A stretch of 64,000 bases of DNA from Squalus acanthias (GCA_030390025.1 CM059431.1:112284001-112348000), one strand, 5' to 3'. Shown: positions 1-11,145, numbered from the stretch's first letter. Program-made: numbers and translations. Notes: generated from the sequence alone by a model not told the origin.

Positions 1-268
1 ACCCGCAAGCACAGGTGCACATAACTAGCTTTGGCAAGCAATCAGTATGTTCAAGGTTTCTATTCCCAAAGGAGACTGTGAAACAGACCTAATGGCAAGA
101 TACAGTATGCGAATGCCTGACTAATCATTATGTTGGATGGTCCTATGGAAACACCCCATCACAGTATGTCATGCTTTAAATAGCTATGCATAGGAACAGA
201 GGCGTGGCTAAAGAAAGAAATGAGAAGTCGCACAACACCAGGTTATAGTCCAACAGATTTATTTAATT

Positions 269-307
269 TTACAAGCTTTCGGAGCTATTCGCTCCTTCCT
301 CAGGTAA
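269..307 (-). ncRNA. Minimal type I hammerhead ribozyme motif (family A, inverted copy)
   Basis: Exact reverse complement of 472-510. Confidence 0.8.
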
Positions 308-471
308 GTTAGCAGTGAGAGAATCTCCCAGAATTCACAATTTAAACACAGACAAAATCTATTCAAATCTTTCCCTACATCAAAGACTTGTGTCTTTGAT
401 GTAGGGAAAGATTTGAATAGATTTTGTCTGTGTTTAAATTGTGAATTCTGGGAGATTCTCTCACTGCTAAC

Positions 472-510
472 TTACCTGAGGAAGGAGCGAATAGCTCCGA
501 AAGCTTGTAA
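472..510 (+). ncRNA. Minimal type I hammerhead ribozyme motif (family A)
   Basis: TTAC-CTGAGGA-A-GGAGC(GAATA)GCTCC-GAAA-GC-T-T-GTAA: CUGANGA and GAAA cores, helix I TTAC/GTAA, 5-bp helix II, palindromic AAGCTT helix III. Confidence 0.8.
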
Positions 511-967
511 AATTAAATAAATCTGTTGGACTATAACCTGGTGTTGTGCGACTTCTCATTTTTGTCCACCCCAGTCCAACGCCGGCATCTCCACATCATA
601 AAGAAAGAAAGACCAAGTTCCATCTGGTTCGCCTTAACATCCTGATAATCACATGATACAACAATAATGGAGTTTCTGATTTATCATGGTAATCAATCTC
701 TATCAATTAGTCTACAACAGACCCAGACATGAGGCGAGGAAAACCCCCAGTGGTGGAAAGATTTGGAAACCTTAGGACCAGAGTCACCTGTTCCTCCCAA
801 GCACGTAACACATGTCATATTTCAAATTACTTGTATACTGTATTGCAAAGTATTATTTTCTAAAAGAGATCTATCTAATTTGCATTTGAATGAATTAACA
901 ATGTCTGCTTCCACCTTCTCCCTATGGAGCCTGTTTCATAGATTTCCCACTCGCTCACTGAAATAAT

Positions 968-1438
968 AAAAGAAAGACTTGCATTTATATAGCGTCTTTC
1001 ATGACTACTGGATGTCCCAAAGCGCTTTACAGCCAATGAAATACTTTTTGAAGTGTGGTCACTGTTGTAATGTAGGAAACACGGCAGCCAATTTGCGCAC
1101 AGCAAACTCTCACAAACAGCAATGTGATAATGACCAGATCATTTTTTTTACTGATGTTGATCACTAGGGATAAATATTGGCCCAGGACACTGGGGATAAC
1201 TCCCCTGCTCTTCTTTGGAATAGTGCAATGGGATCTTTTACGTCCACCTGAGAGAGCAGACGGGGCTTCGGTTTTAACTTCTCATCCAAAAGACGGCACC
1301 TCTGACAGTGCAGCACTCCCTCAGCACTGCACTGGAGTGTCCGCCTAGCTTTATGTGCTCAAGTCTCTGGAGTGGGACTTGAACCCACAACCTTCTGACT
1401 CAGGCGCGAGGGTGCTACCAACTGAACCATGGCTGGCA
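968..1438 (-). mobile_element. Full-length tRNA-derived DeuSINE (SacSINE1-like)
   Basis: tRNA-like head (TGGTTCAGTTGG, GGGTTCAAGTCC), Deu-domain-like core (GGTGCCGTCTTT..GGATGAG..AAAGATCCCA..CCAGTGTCCTGG), L2-like tail CGCTATATAAATGCAAGT(CTTT)n. Confidence 0.85.
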
Positions 1439-2673
1439 CTAATGCATGGAAGAAGGCATACCAGATTGATCGACAACCAACATTCCTTGATTGGTCATGC
1501 TCACCAAGATGTGATCAATCATACTTTCAGTCACTGTTGCACCTACCTGCCAATGACCCCATGGAAATTTCTTCACCAGGTGCAGAGCTGTGTTTTCTAG
1601 TGCTTTCACAGCCAGTGACTGGCTCAAGCCTATCCCCAACTCATCCCAGGCATACTGCGATGCTGACCTATACGGCTGGTGCCATAGAATAGTAAACAAG
1701 ACCGCCCTGCTCACAAAAACCTCTTGAAGTGGAAGTGGCACTGCAAGAGTTGTTAAAAAGAGGTTGGTTCCTAGGCTGCCCCATGGTTTGCCTGCAGATT
1801 CATCCCTGCACATTGGGTTTCCTTTTTCTTCGGTTTGCCTGCTATTTCTTTCCTCTGTCCCCAGTTAGACTTGAAAAAGGATGACAATGGATTGAGATGC
1901 CTTTTGAGTCTTTCCAAAAGCTGTGTTTTTTTTAAAAAAGCCTCTTCTCTATTCTTCCACTTTTCTCTAATTGTCTAGATCCCTTTAAATTTTACTTAAA
2001 TGCAATTTTCTGCTTCCACCGGTAGTGCACTCCTTGCATCTGTCCAAATCTGTCCCTGGAACTGTGAATAATGATACAAATAGCCTAACCCTAGACAACT
2101 ACTAATATGTTACCATTCTGGCCAGATTTTCATCTATTCTTAACCTTTTAGAACCAACTTACACCATTGCATAAGAATCAACCCCATAATAGGGTCAGTA
2201 AGGAATAGTAAATCAGATGCTTAAGCATATCCTTGCACAATGCTCATTACCAGTGACTGAGAGCATACCCTGAAATACAGTAGCTGTATTCCATCACCAG
2301 TGGTAATAGGGGGGGGAGTTGATTTCCGGTTGAAGATGAACAAATTATATTGGACACCTTTCTTGCACCTGACATATAATGCAATCCAAACAATAATAAT
2401 AGAAATGTTCAGATTAATCCTTGAACCAGGGATCGCTTCTTTGCACAGATGATTCAGGATGCTATAAATATTTTAACTGAAATGAGTTCAGTCCTGCAAG
2501 CCACAGTAATCTTTGTTATCCTTTGATAGTTCACTTTCTAGGGGGTTGTGGTACACAGTTTTGTATCTTAAGTGCACTCCATATTCAAACTGCTCCTCAT
2601 TTTCAATGGCTCACTAACTTTCTTTAATAAGTTCACTTTTCCTGCTTATTTTATGTCTTATTATATATCCGAA

Positions 2674-2696
2674 TGTGTGTGTGTGTGTGTGTGTGT
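2674..2696. repeat. (TG)n microsatellite
   Basis: About 11 perfect TG units. Confidence 0.95.
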
Positions 2697-2720
2697 CAGT
2701 AGGTTATCCAATATTCAGTA

Positions 2721-2872
2721 GGGCAGAAATTGTAAAGCTCTGCTTCCTGCGTGGAGCCTTGTCAGACACAAGGGAGCACAATCGGGGCTTACAGTGATAT
2801 TGCCCTGTCTCATACCCAGGCTCACACCTAGCAAGGCTTCAAGCAGGCAGCAGGACTTCTCAATTTCTACCC
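2721..2872. mobile_element. Small MITE, PIF/Harbinger-like
   Basis: Terminal inverted repeats (TIRs) GGGCAGAAATTG / CAATTTCTACCC; flanks GTA/TTA. Confidence 0.6.
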
Positions 2873-2969
2873 TTATATTTAACACACACTAGCTACATTC
2901 AACAGCTTGTGTCTTTAATGCCACAGAAAGAGAAAATTTAAAGTAAACGAGGGTTGAGTTGAGTTCCTG

Positions 2970-3120
2970 AAGGTAATTTTGACTCCAAGCGATAGTGTAA
3001 AACGGGTGATAATGAGTCGGCAGTCCGTTTTACATGTCTCTCAATTTTTATTGCCATTGAAGTCAATATCAAGTGTGCCTTGGGCCTGATTATCATTAAG
3101 ACCGCGAGCTGCGGACACCT
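2970..3120. mobile_element. MITE fragment, same family as 52458-52581
   Basis: Shares AGTGTAAAACG.GTGATA.TGA.TCGGC.G.CCGTTTTACAT..TGAAGTCA with 52458-52581. Confidence 0.6.
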
Positions 3121-4010
3121 AGGCCGGAATTTTCCCATAAAAAAACAGATGGGTTTGGAGCGTGGGGGCAGTTAAATTGTTAAGTGTGAATCCCGACCTG
3201 ATCCCGCCTCCAACCCGTCCACTTCTGGTTTTAGCAGAGGCAGAATGGGGGCGGGCGACCAACCTGCTCCCAGGGGGCGGAACATCAATTTAAATATTGT
3301 AATGAGACTGGAAGCCTCTTTCTCCCCGTCCATTTTGAATTTAACTGCCTGTGGACGGGTTTCACACAATTCGTGAAACTCGGCAGTTAAAGCGAAGTGG
3401 GGACTGCTGCATCCAGGAGGCAAGTGGCTTTATACCTACCTCCTGGATCCAGATTCCCTACCTAACCCACCCCCCCGCGATCAGAGACCCCCCTCGAGAG
3501 GCCTCCGATCCCCAGCATGAGGCCTCTCCACCCCCTCACAGCCCACCGATGATGCTGAGGCCAGCCACAATCCTGGACAAATACACAAAACCCGGCCTCC
3601 CTGGTTTCCCACCCACCTCTGAGGCTCCCCACCCCCAACCTGCCCACCTCCAGAAAATTCCGGCCTTCATGGTCACCCCCGGGCAGCTCGCCGGCGAAGA
3701 GGACTTTGAAGATTGGGCCGTTGCAATGCCAGCAGTGGTTCTCGGGTAAGCTCTTAAGGGGGGCAACCAGGAATGGGGAGCGATCCAGTCAGGAGGTTAG
3801 CGATGGCCGGGAAGGGTGGGTCGTGGTTGGCGACAATCAGGGAGGGCAGAGGCTGGGATCGGGGAGGGGGGTGGGGATAGTGGCGGTGATCGGTGGGGGG
3901 GGGGGGGGGGAAGGAAGTGATGGTTGGCAACGGCCCACGTGATATTGTGGGGTCGGGAGGAGCAGGATTGCCCTTATCGAGAGGGCAAGGAGGTGACCAA
4001 TTTCTAGGGC
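3121..4010. mobile_element. GC-rich non-autonomous DNA element (Harbinger-like MITE)
   Basis: Starts AGGCCGGAATTT and ends near CAATTTCTAGGGCC; CpG-rich interior resembles 10520-11145. Confidence 0.5.
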
Positions 4011-4951
4011 CTCAATCAATGCCACTCCTACATTTCTTCTTTTATGGTAAAATTTGAGCTCATCAAAGTAAGAGATGTTAATGTTGAATATTTCTCACTG
4101 TTTATACTGAAATGAGCTTCAAACATCCTGAATCAGATATGGCGGTGGGGAGGGGTTCAGAGAATGACACAAAGCCGATTCTGCTTATCCATAGCAACGC
4201 GATTTAATGCCAATATCAGAAGTGTCGCTTTCCATTTGAGTTGAAGGGAAATTCTAAATTTTTATAGAATAAACATAAACCTCAGAATAAAATGCACATT
4301 TCTTACTGTAAGAAATAAATATTTTTTTTTTAATCCCTTAGTGTTTGATTTATAATTGAAAAGCAGAACAAAAATATATTTGCTGTAAAATATTAAACAA
4401 AACTGTTCATCCTGGAAAATGTGTTAAGGAGTATAATGGATGATCCGACACATTCCCTGCTGCAACAGGGCAAATTGAGTCAATTAATGTACTTTGCTCT
4501 CATCTCCTGCCTTGATTAGCTCTCTGCTAATCTAGCATACATCATGCTGGTTCATTCACTGCAGCCTTATTACAACTCCGACTTCCTGCATGAAATTTAT
4601 TAGAGTAATGATGTTTCTGATAACAGTGTTATTTTTGTTACTCATGCAACTGATGAATTGGAGATGACTGATTAATAGAGAAATCGATCTTTGAAATTTT
4701 CTTGTGGACAGTGACAAATCAGCAGGAATGAAGTAGACATAATGAGGACCCTGTTAATAGTACTTGGTTGCTGCAGATTTTTAATTAATTCCCTTTAGAA
4801 TGAATTCATTTTTCGTATTAGTTTTTTTTTTACCTTGGCTATTATGTCCGCCAATTTTATCTTTTCTCCTGAACACCATACCTTGTTGATGCCTCATCTA
4901 AGTGACTGTTATTCAGGTATGAGTTTTGACAGTGAGCCTTTGCAGGTAAAA

Positions 4952-5324
4952 AACATAAGAACATAAGAACATAAGAAATAGGAGCAAGAGTAGACCAATC
5001 GGCCCCTCGAGCCTGCTCCGCCATTCAATAAGATCATGGCTGATCTGGTCCTAACCGCCAATCTACTATCTACTATCACAGAACCATCTCCTGCATCTAA
5101 CAGAATTGCACGCACGAAATAGGAGCAGAATCAGGCTACACGGTCCCTGGGCCCGCTCCACTACCCACAGGGCCATGACCGATCCGAACCTAGACTCATG
5201 TCCAAATTCCTGCCCGCTCCCCGTAACCCTTAATGCCCTTTACTTCTAGGAAACTGTCTATTTCTGTTTTAAATTTATTTAATGATGTAGCTTCTACAGC
5301 TTTTTGTGGCAGCATATTCCATGG
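4952..5324 (-). mobile_element. CR1 LINE 3' end, young family with doubled 3' module
   Basis: Near-identical to about 47750-48112; (TTCTTATG)n tail. Confidence 0.9.
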
Positions 5325-5431
5325 GGGTACCTAGCCAAGCTTGATCCTGCTCTCGCCCAATGGCCGCAGGGGTCATTGGATAATTATTAGGAGTAGGAAA
5401 CTGGAATGATTTCTGTGGGATTGTGGTGTTC

Positions 5432-6302
5432 CATGGCCTCCCTATCTCTGTAACCTCCTCCAGCCCTACATCCCTCCGAGATTTCTGCGCTCCTCTAAGT
5501 CTAGTCTCTTGAGCATTGGCGACCGTGCCTTCAGCTGCAAAGGGCCTAAGCTCGGGAATTCCCTCCCTAAACCTCTCCGCCTCTCCCTCTCCTCCTTTAA
5601 GATGCTCCTTAAAACCTACCTCTGTGACCAAGCTTTCAGTTATCTGCCCTAATATCTCCTGATGTGGCTCATTACAGGTCACCACATTACAGGAAAGATG
5701 TGATTGCACTAGAGAGGGTACAGAGGAGATTTACAAGGATGTTGCCGGGAGTAGAGAACCTTAGCTATGAGGAAAGACTGGATAGGCTGGGTCTGTTTTC
5801 CTTGGAACAGAGGAGGCTGAGGGGAGACCTTATTGAGGTGTATAAAATTATGAGGGCCATAGATAAAGTGGATAGAAAGGACCTATTTCCCTTAGCAGAG
5901 GGGTCAAAAACCAGGGGACACAGATTTAAAGAAATTGGGGGAAGGTTTAGAGGGGATTTGAGGGGAAATTTCTTCACCCAGAGGGTTGTGGGGGTCTGGA
6001 ACTCACTGCCTGAAAGGGTGGTAGAGGCAGGAACCCTAACCACATTTACAAAGTACTTGGATGTGCACTTGGGATGCTCTAACCTGCAGGGCTATGGACC
6101 AAGAGCTGGGAAGTGGGATTAGGCTGGATAGCTCTTTGTTAGCCGGCGTGGACACGATGGGCCGAAATGGCCTCCTTCCGTGCTGTAACTTTCTATGATT
6201 CTATGAGTGTCAAATTTTGTTTGGTAACGCTCCTGTGAAGTGCCTTGGGGACATTTTGCTACATTAAAGGCGCTATATAAATGCAAGTTGCTGTTGTTGT
6301 TT
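5432..6302 (+). mobile_element. L2-clade LINE 3' end, split by a CR1 insertion at about 5671-6206
   Basis: CATGGCCTC..CCCTATCTCTGTAACCTCC..GGAATTCCCTCCCTAAACC; tail AAGGCGCTATATAAATGCAAG(TTG)n resumes at 6207. Confidence 0.85.
5671..6206 (+). mobile_element. CR1 LINE 3' fragment (ORF2 C-terminus)
   Basis: ORF 5664-6122 SPHYRKDVIALERVQRRFTRMLPG..FFTQRVVGVWNSLP; (TTCTATGA)n tail. Confidence 0.92.
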
Positions 6303-6457
6303 CCTAACATCACCTCAGCCAAGATCAGCTAACTGTGCACAGTGATGACAATGGGACCTCACTACTCTGTATAGCACACCACTCAGTGGGCCAATGACTG
6401 ACTGAACCATTGGGGTATTCTTTATACATTACATTTACGTTATATTTATCTTGATCA

Positions 6458-8445
6458 ACCATGAATATAGGAACAGGAGTAAGGTATTCAGCCCCTTGAG
6501 CATGTTCCAGCATTTAACCAGATCATGGCTGATCTGTTCCTCACCCCCATTTACCAGTCTCACTCCATAATCCCTTAATACCTTTGCCTAGCAAAAATCT
6601 ATCGATCGCAATCTTGAAAATTTCAATTGGCTCAGCACCTATAGCCTTTTGGGGGAGAGAGTTCCAGATTTGCACTACATTTTGTGTCAGGATTTAACTC
6701 CTGAATGGCTTAGCTCTAATTGTCCCCTTGTGCCAGATTTCCCTACCAGAGGAAATAGTTTCTCTGTATCTACCCTATCAAATCCCTTTAGCATTTTAAA
6801 GACCTCAATTAGGTCACCCCTCAACCGTTTAAACTCAAGGGAATGCAAACCAAGTTTATGAAACATGCCCTCATTATGTAACCCTTTAAGCCCCGGTATT
6901 ATTCTGGTGAATCTGCACTGCATCTTCACCAAGGCCAATACATCCTTCCTGAGATGCAGTGGCCGGAACTGGAGGCAGTGACTCCAGATGGCATCTGAGC
7001 AAGGCTCTGTATAACTGAAGCATAACTTCCTACCCTTTGTATTTCAGCCCCGTTGAGATAAATGCCGATATTCCATTAGCTTTTTTGGTTACTTTTTGTT
7101 CCTGTGCACTAGCTTTTAGTGATTTTTGCACATAGACACCTAAATGCCTTTGCTCCTCCACAGGTTCTAGTCATTCATCATTAAGTAAATATCGGCCCGG
7201 AATTTGCGGTCAGAGGCGTACCTCCTGAGTACGCCTCTGCACCGCAAAATATTTCCGTACTTACCTCCTGGCTCCACAGCTACAGAGACTTCACTTCTCG
7301 AGCCTGCAGACGTACGCCTGCGTAAAGGCTCACGGATCACGGGGCGCACGCGGTTCGCAAGCATCCCTGGGATCGCGTGGGCCCGGTCAACCAATCAAAA
7401 CGGGGGGATTCCTATGATGCTTATGGGGATTGTATTTACGTACGGAATCCCCATAAGCATATTAGAAATCCCCAAATAAATAAGAATTCGTGCGCGGAAA
7501 CCCGGAACTTGCGATCTGTCAAGTTTCGCATTGACAGATCCTTCGCATCCACTACAAAATCAATTTTGCTGGCGTAGAGTTGGGCTATTTGCCCAGCGAA
7601 TGCCCATGAAACCCCTAAATAAAAATAAATGATTACGTGTTCAAAATTAATTAAAAGACCCTTTAATTAAGCATTTAAAATAAAAAATTTGATTTTTTGA
7701 AAAATAAATGGAAACATTTTAAAACGGGCCAAAATGTACCTAAACTAAATTTAAATGTATGTATATGTTTTAATAATTAAATTTAAATTTTTTTAACCCT
7801 TACACTGGTAAAAGGAGGCCTTGCGCCTGCTTTTACCAGGCTTAGGGGTTTCGTGGGCATTCGCTGGGCAGTAGTTGGGCAAATCGCCCAACTCTGCACC
7901 AGCCAAAATGATTTTGTCGGGGATGCGAAGGATCTGTCAATGTGAAACTTGACCGGTCGCAAGTTCCGGGTTTTCGTGCGTGCGCAGCGCAGGCGGGAAC
8001 CCGGAACTTGCGGGGTCTTTCTGAAGGCTTCCGCGTACGCTGTCAAAAGCACAGTAATTTCTGGCCCATTCTGATTTGTCATTCTTGAATCCAAAGTGGA
8101 TGACCTCACACTTCCCCACATCGAACTCCATCTGCCACAGTTTTGCCCGATCACATAATTGGTCTTATCTCCCTTTTGTAACTTCTTGCTCCCATCTGCA
8201 CAACTTACTGTGTCTCCTAACTTGGATATACAAATTTCTATATATTTCATCCAAGTCATTGATGTATATGGTGAAAAGCTGAGATCCCAGTACATATCCC
8301 CGCTTGTCATATCCCGCCACCCAGAGTATATTTCCCTTTATCCCTACTCTCGGTCTCCTTACTCCAAAGCAATTTGCAACCCATGTCAAAAGGTTACCTC
8401 CAATTCAGTTTGCTTTTATTTTTGCTAATAATCTCTTGTGTGGAA
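6458..8445 (-). mobile_element. Decayed CR1 LINE (RT to 3' end), interrupted by a MITE
   Basis: ORFs with RVGIKG..VLGSQLFTIYINDLDE, MEFDVGKCEVIHFG and FTRIIPGLKG..RLRGDLIEVFK. Confidence 0.88.
7194..8067. mobile_element. PIF/Harbinger-like MITE with internal inverted repeats
   Basis: TIRs GGCCCGGAATTTGC / GTAATTTCTGGCCC; 3-bp flanks ATC/ATT; inserted in a CR1. Confidence 0.75.
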
Positions 8446-9069
8446 GCTTAGAAAATTTATATAATGAATCTGGGAATGTGTTTCAGTAATATCTTTTAAG
8501 ATAACGGAGCTGATAATATCTTCAATACTTGTAGCTCTGCTGTGCATGAAGTGCTGGCTGTCTGCATTATGGATGCCTCCTCTGCCCAGTAAGTACCTAT
8601 GGTGCTTGCAGCCGCGTACCTATTGTGTCCAAGGCTCCTTAAGAAATATGTAAGTAACGGCTAGGCCCCATAATGTGTTTGGAATGCTTCAGATGCTCAT
8701 CTCCTGTACAAAACAGTTGTTTAATGGGACAAATGTTCCCTTCATTTGGGTCCTTAGTGTTAATGGTGTTATTTGTTGATTTCTGTATAGCCGCTTGTCA
8801 TTCAGAGCTTCTGTGCTATATTTCTGCTGTGGGAGAAAGGGAGAGAAGCTTATTGAAATCTTACTGATGGCGTCTTAAAGCTGAACCAATGTTTCCCCAG
8901 GGAACAGTGCTTTATGCTGCTTTGAGAGGGTTATGGGTATCCTGGGAATCCCTCTTTAATTGCAAGTTCTAGATGAGGAGAAGGAAGCATGCCATAAAGA
9001 TGTATTTACACCTCAGGAGATCAATGAGGACCTGTCTTTAGGCCACCTGCTACGTATACAGGCTCAGAC

Positions 9070-9530
9070 ATTTGTACTTGATGTGTCAGGTGAAAGCTGT
9101 ATACGCAGGTGATGTTTCCTCCCTAGAGGCTTTCGCTGAACTTTGCACACTCCAGCATCGAGGCCTACAAACCATTTCAACAAATGGGATGACTCTGCTA
9201 GTCGCAGTCCAAGTGACCTCAGCCTTGATACCTGACAAATCACCCAATCTGCTGAGTACTGTTGTATCATGCACATCACTGGTGCATTGATTGTCCAGGC
9301 CTCTCCTTTCATCAGCTTACCCATGGAAAACATGCAGCAACATGACAGCCCTGTATTTTTATTGTCTGGTTGAATGCCCCAAAATGCAAGCATTATTGAT
9401 GGCATTCATGTGACCAGATGGACCTCGATCTCCAATGCCACCCCTTTCATGAACAGAAAAAGGCTCACTCCATCAATGTGCAGCTGGTCTGCGATCAGGC
9501 AGCAAATAACGCACCTAAATATCACGGTAG
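9070..9530 (+). pseudogene. Decayed PIF/Harbinger (HARBI1-like) DDE transposase
   Basis: Frameshifted pieces EAFAELCTL..LLVAVQVTSAL, ITQSAEYCCIMHITGALI, MPQNASIIDGIHV..PFMNRK and HSINVQLVCD match HARBI1-family motifs. Confidence 0.75.
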
Positions 9531-9571
9531 TTGCCAAAATTAATTCATTTTATGGCAATCTATGGTTCCAA

Positions 9572-10515
9572 CATTATTTGACCATTGACCAGAAAATGAA
9601 CTGGATCGTCTACATAAATGTCGTGGCTGCTAGAGCATGTCAAAGGCTGGGAATTCTGTGGCTCACCTCCTAACGCCCCAAAGCCTCTCCACCACCTACA
9701 AGGCACAAGTCAGGAGTGTGCTGTAATACTCTCCACAGGTGTCACCTCTGGCTCAGTGGGTAGCACTCTCAACTCTGAGTCAGAAGGTCGTGGGTTCAAG
9801 TCCTGTCCAGAGCCTTGAGCACAAAATCCAGGCTGACGCTCCAGTGCAGTGCTGAGGGAGTGTTGCTCTGTTGGAGGTGCTGTCTTTCAGATGAGACATT
9901 AAACTGAGGCCCCATCTGACCTCCCAAGTGGACGTAAAAGATCCTATGGCACCTTTCAAAGAAGACCAGAGGAATTCTCCCCAGTGTCCTGGCCAATATT
10001 TATCCCTCAACTAACATCACTAAAAATATTATTTGGTCAATATCACATTGCTGTTTGTGGGACCTTCCTGTGTGCAAATTGGCTACGACATTCCTACATT
10101 ACAACAGTGACTGCACTTCAAAACATACTTAATTGGCTGTAAAGCGCTTTGGGACATCCTGACGTTAGGAAAGGCGTTATATAAATGCAAGGCTTTCTTT
10201 CTTTTGTTTCTTGCCTGGATGGGTGCAGCTTCAACAACATTCAAGAAGCTCGATACCATCCATGACATGGCAGTCAATTTGATCTGCATCCCATCCACTA
10301 GCTTAAACAGCCACTCCCTCCACCATCAGCATACCATGGCTGCAGTTTGTACCATCTACAGGATGCACTGCAGCAACTCGCCAAGGCTTCTTCGGCAGCA
10401 CCTCCCAAACCCGTAAACTAGGAACACCATCACTTCCATGTTCCCCTCCAAGTCACACACCATCCTGACTCTCAGACATATAATACCATTCCTTCATTGT
10501 CACTGGGTCAAAATA
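9572..10515 (+). mobile_element. 3' part of the LINE family seen at 21033-24020, interrupted by a DeuSINE
   Basis: LTIDQKMNW..INVVAARACQRLGILW and AWMGAASTTFKKLDTIHD..CTIYRMHCSNSPRLLRQHLP. Confidence 0.85.
9739..10210 (+). mobile_element. Full-length DeuSINE (SacSINE1-like)
   Basis: TGGCTCAGTGGGTAGC A-box, GGGTTCAAGTCC B-box, Deu-like core, (CTTT)n tail. Confidence 0.85.
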
Positions 10516-10519
10516 ACAC

Positions 10520-11145
10520 ATCCAGTTTTGGTCCCCACATTACTTTACTCCGTCTCCAGATTGACGGGCTGGTTGGCTGCCAGGCGGGAAAATCAGCAGT
10601 AGAAGGCCGCAGCCAGGGACCATTGGGGACTGTCCCTGGCAACTGGGAAAGAACGGGAGTTGGTGAGGTTATCGGACCGGCAATCAGGAGGGTGGGAGGG
10701 TCTGGGAGAGATTACGGGGCTGAAGGGTTGGGGGTTAGACTGGCAATCGGAGAGATTGCGGATTTGGATGGGGAGGTCAGTCGATCGCGACAGAGGATTT
10801 TCTTGAGGGGGCCGGGGGGGGGGGAAGCACTCCTGCTCCTCCTGGCTCATAAGCGGTGCTCTTAAAAGTACTTACCTGCTGGATCCGGCTGCCCCCCCAT
10901 CTCCATTTAGCTGTCGGTGTTAAATGTAAATCAGGCTCCCAACTGCACCATGGGAGCCCGATTTAAATATTATAATGAGGTGTCCCACCTCTCGAGAGCG
11001 GGACACAGACACACTATGCAACTTGCCGGCGTAAAAATGGCGGCAGGCGCATACGTGGCTGGTTGAGGTAGCGTTATGCGATTTTAATTTTTACCCCTCT
11101 CCCACCCGTCATGGGGTGGGGGGGGGTGATAAAATTCCGCCCCCG
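10520..11145. mobile_element. GC-rich Harbinger-like MITE fragment
   Basis: Ends AAAATTCCGCCCC; shares ATTTAAATATT.TAATGAG and CpG-rich blocks with 3121-4010. Confidence 0.5.

Larger units (their letters stand above)
218..598 (+). mobile_element. Penelope-like element remnant: inverted pLTR pair (perfect palindrome) plus 37-nt tail
   Basis: Arms 218-387 and 392-561 are exact reverse complements around a TTGT loop; unpaired tail 562-598; flanking direct repeat TAAAGAAAGAAA at 209-220 and 599-610. Confidence 0.9.
189..965 (-). mobile_element. Old CR1-type LINE 3' end with long 3' UTR, interrupted by a Penelope-like insertion
   Basis: The reverse complement of about 868-965 reads as a decayed CR1 ORF2 C-terminus (..RVGNL*NRL..KVEADIVNSFKCKLDR); CR1-like tail near 189-215, resuming at 611. 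Confidence 0.55.

Noticed and set aside
1375..1438. tRNA-like sequences (also about 9745-9805 and 15605-15665)
   Set aside because: These are SINE heads without a complete cloverleaf, not tRNA genes.
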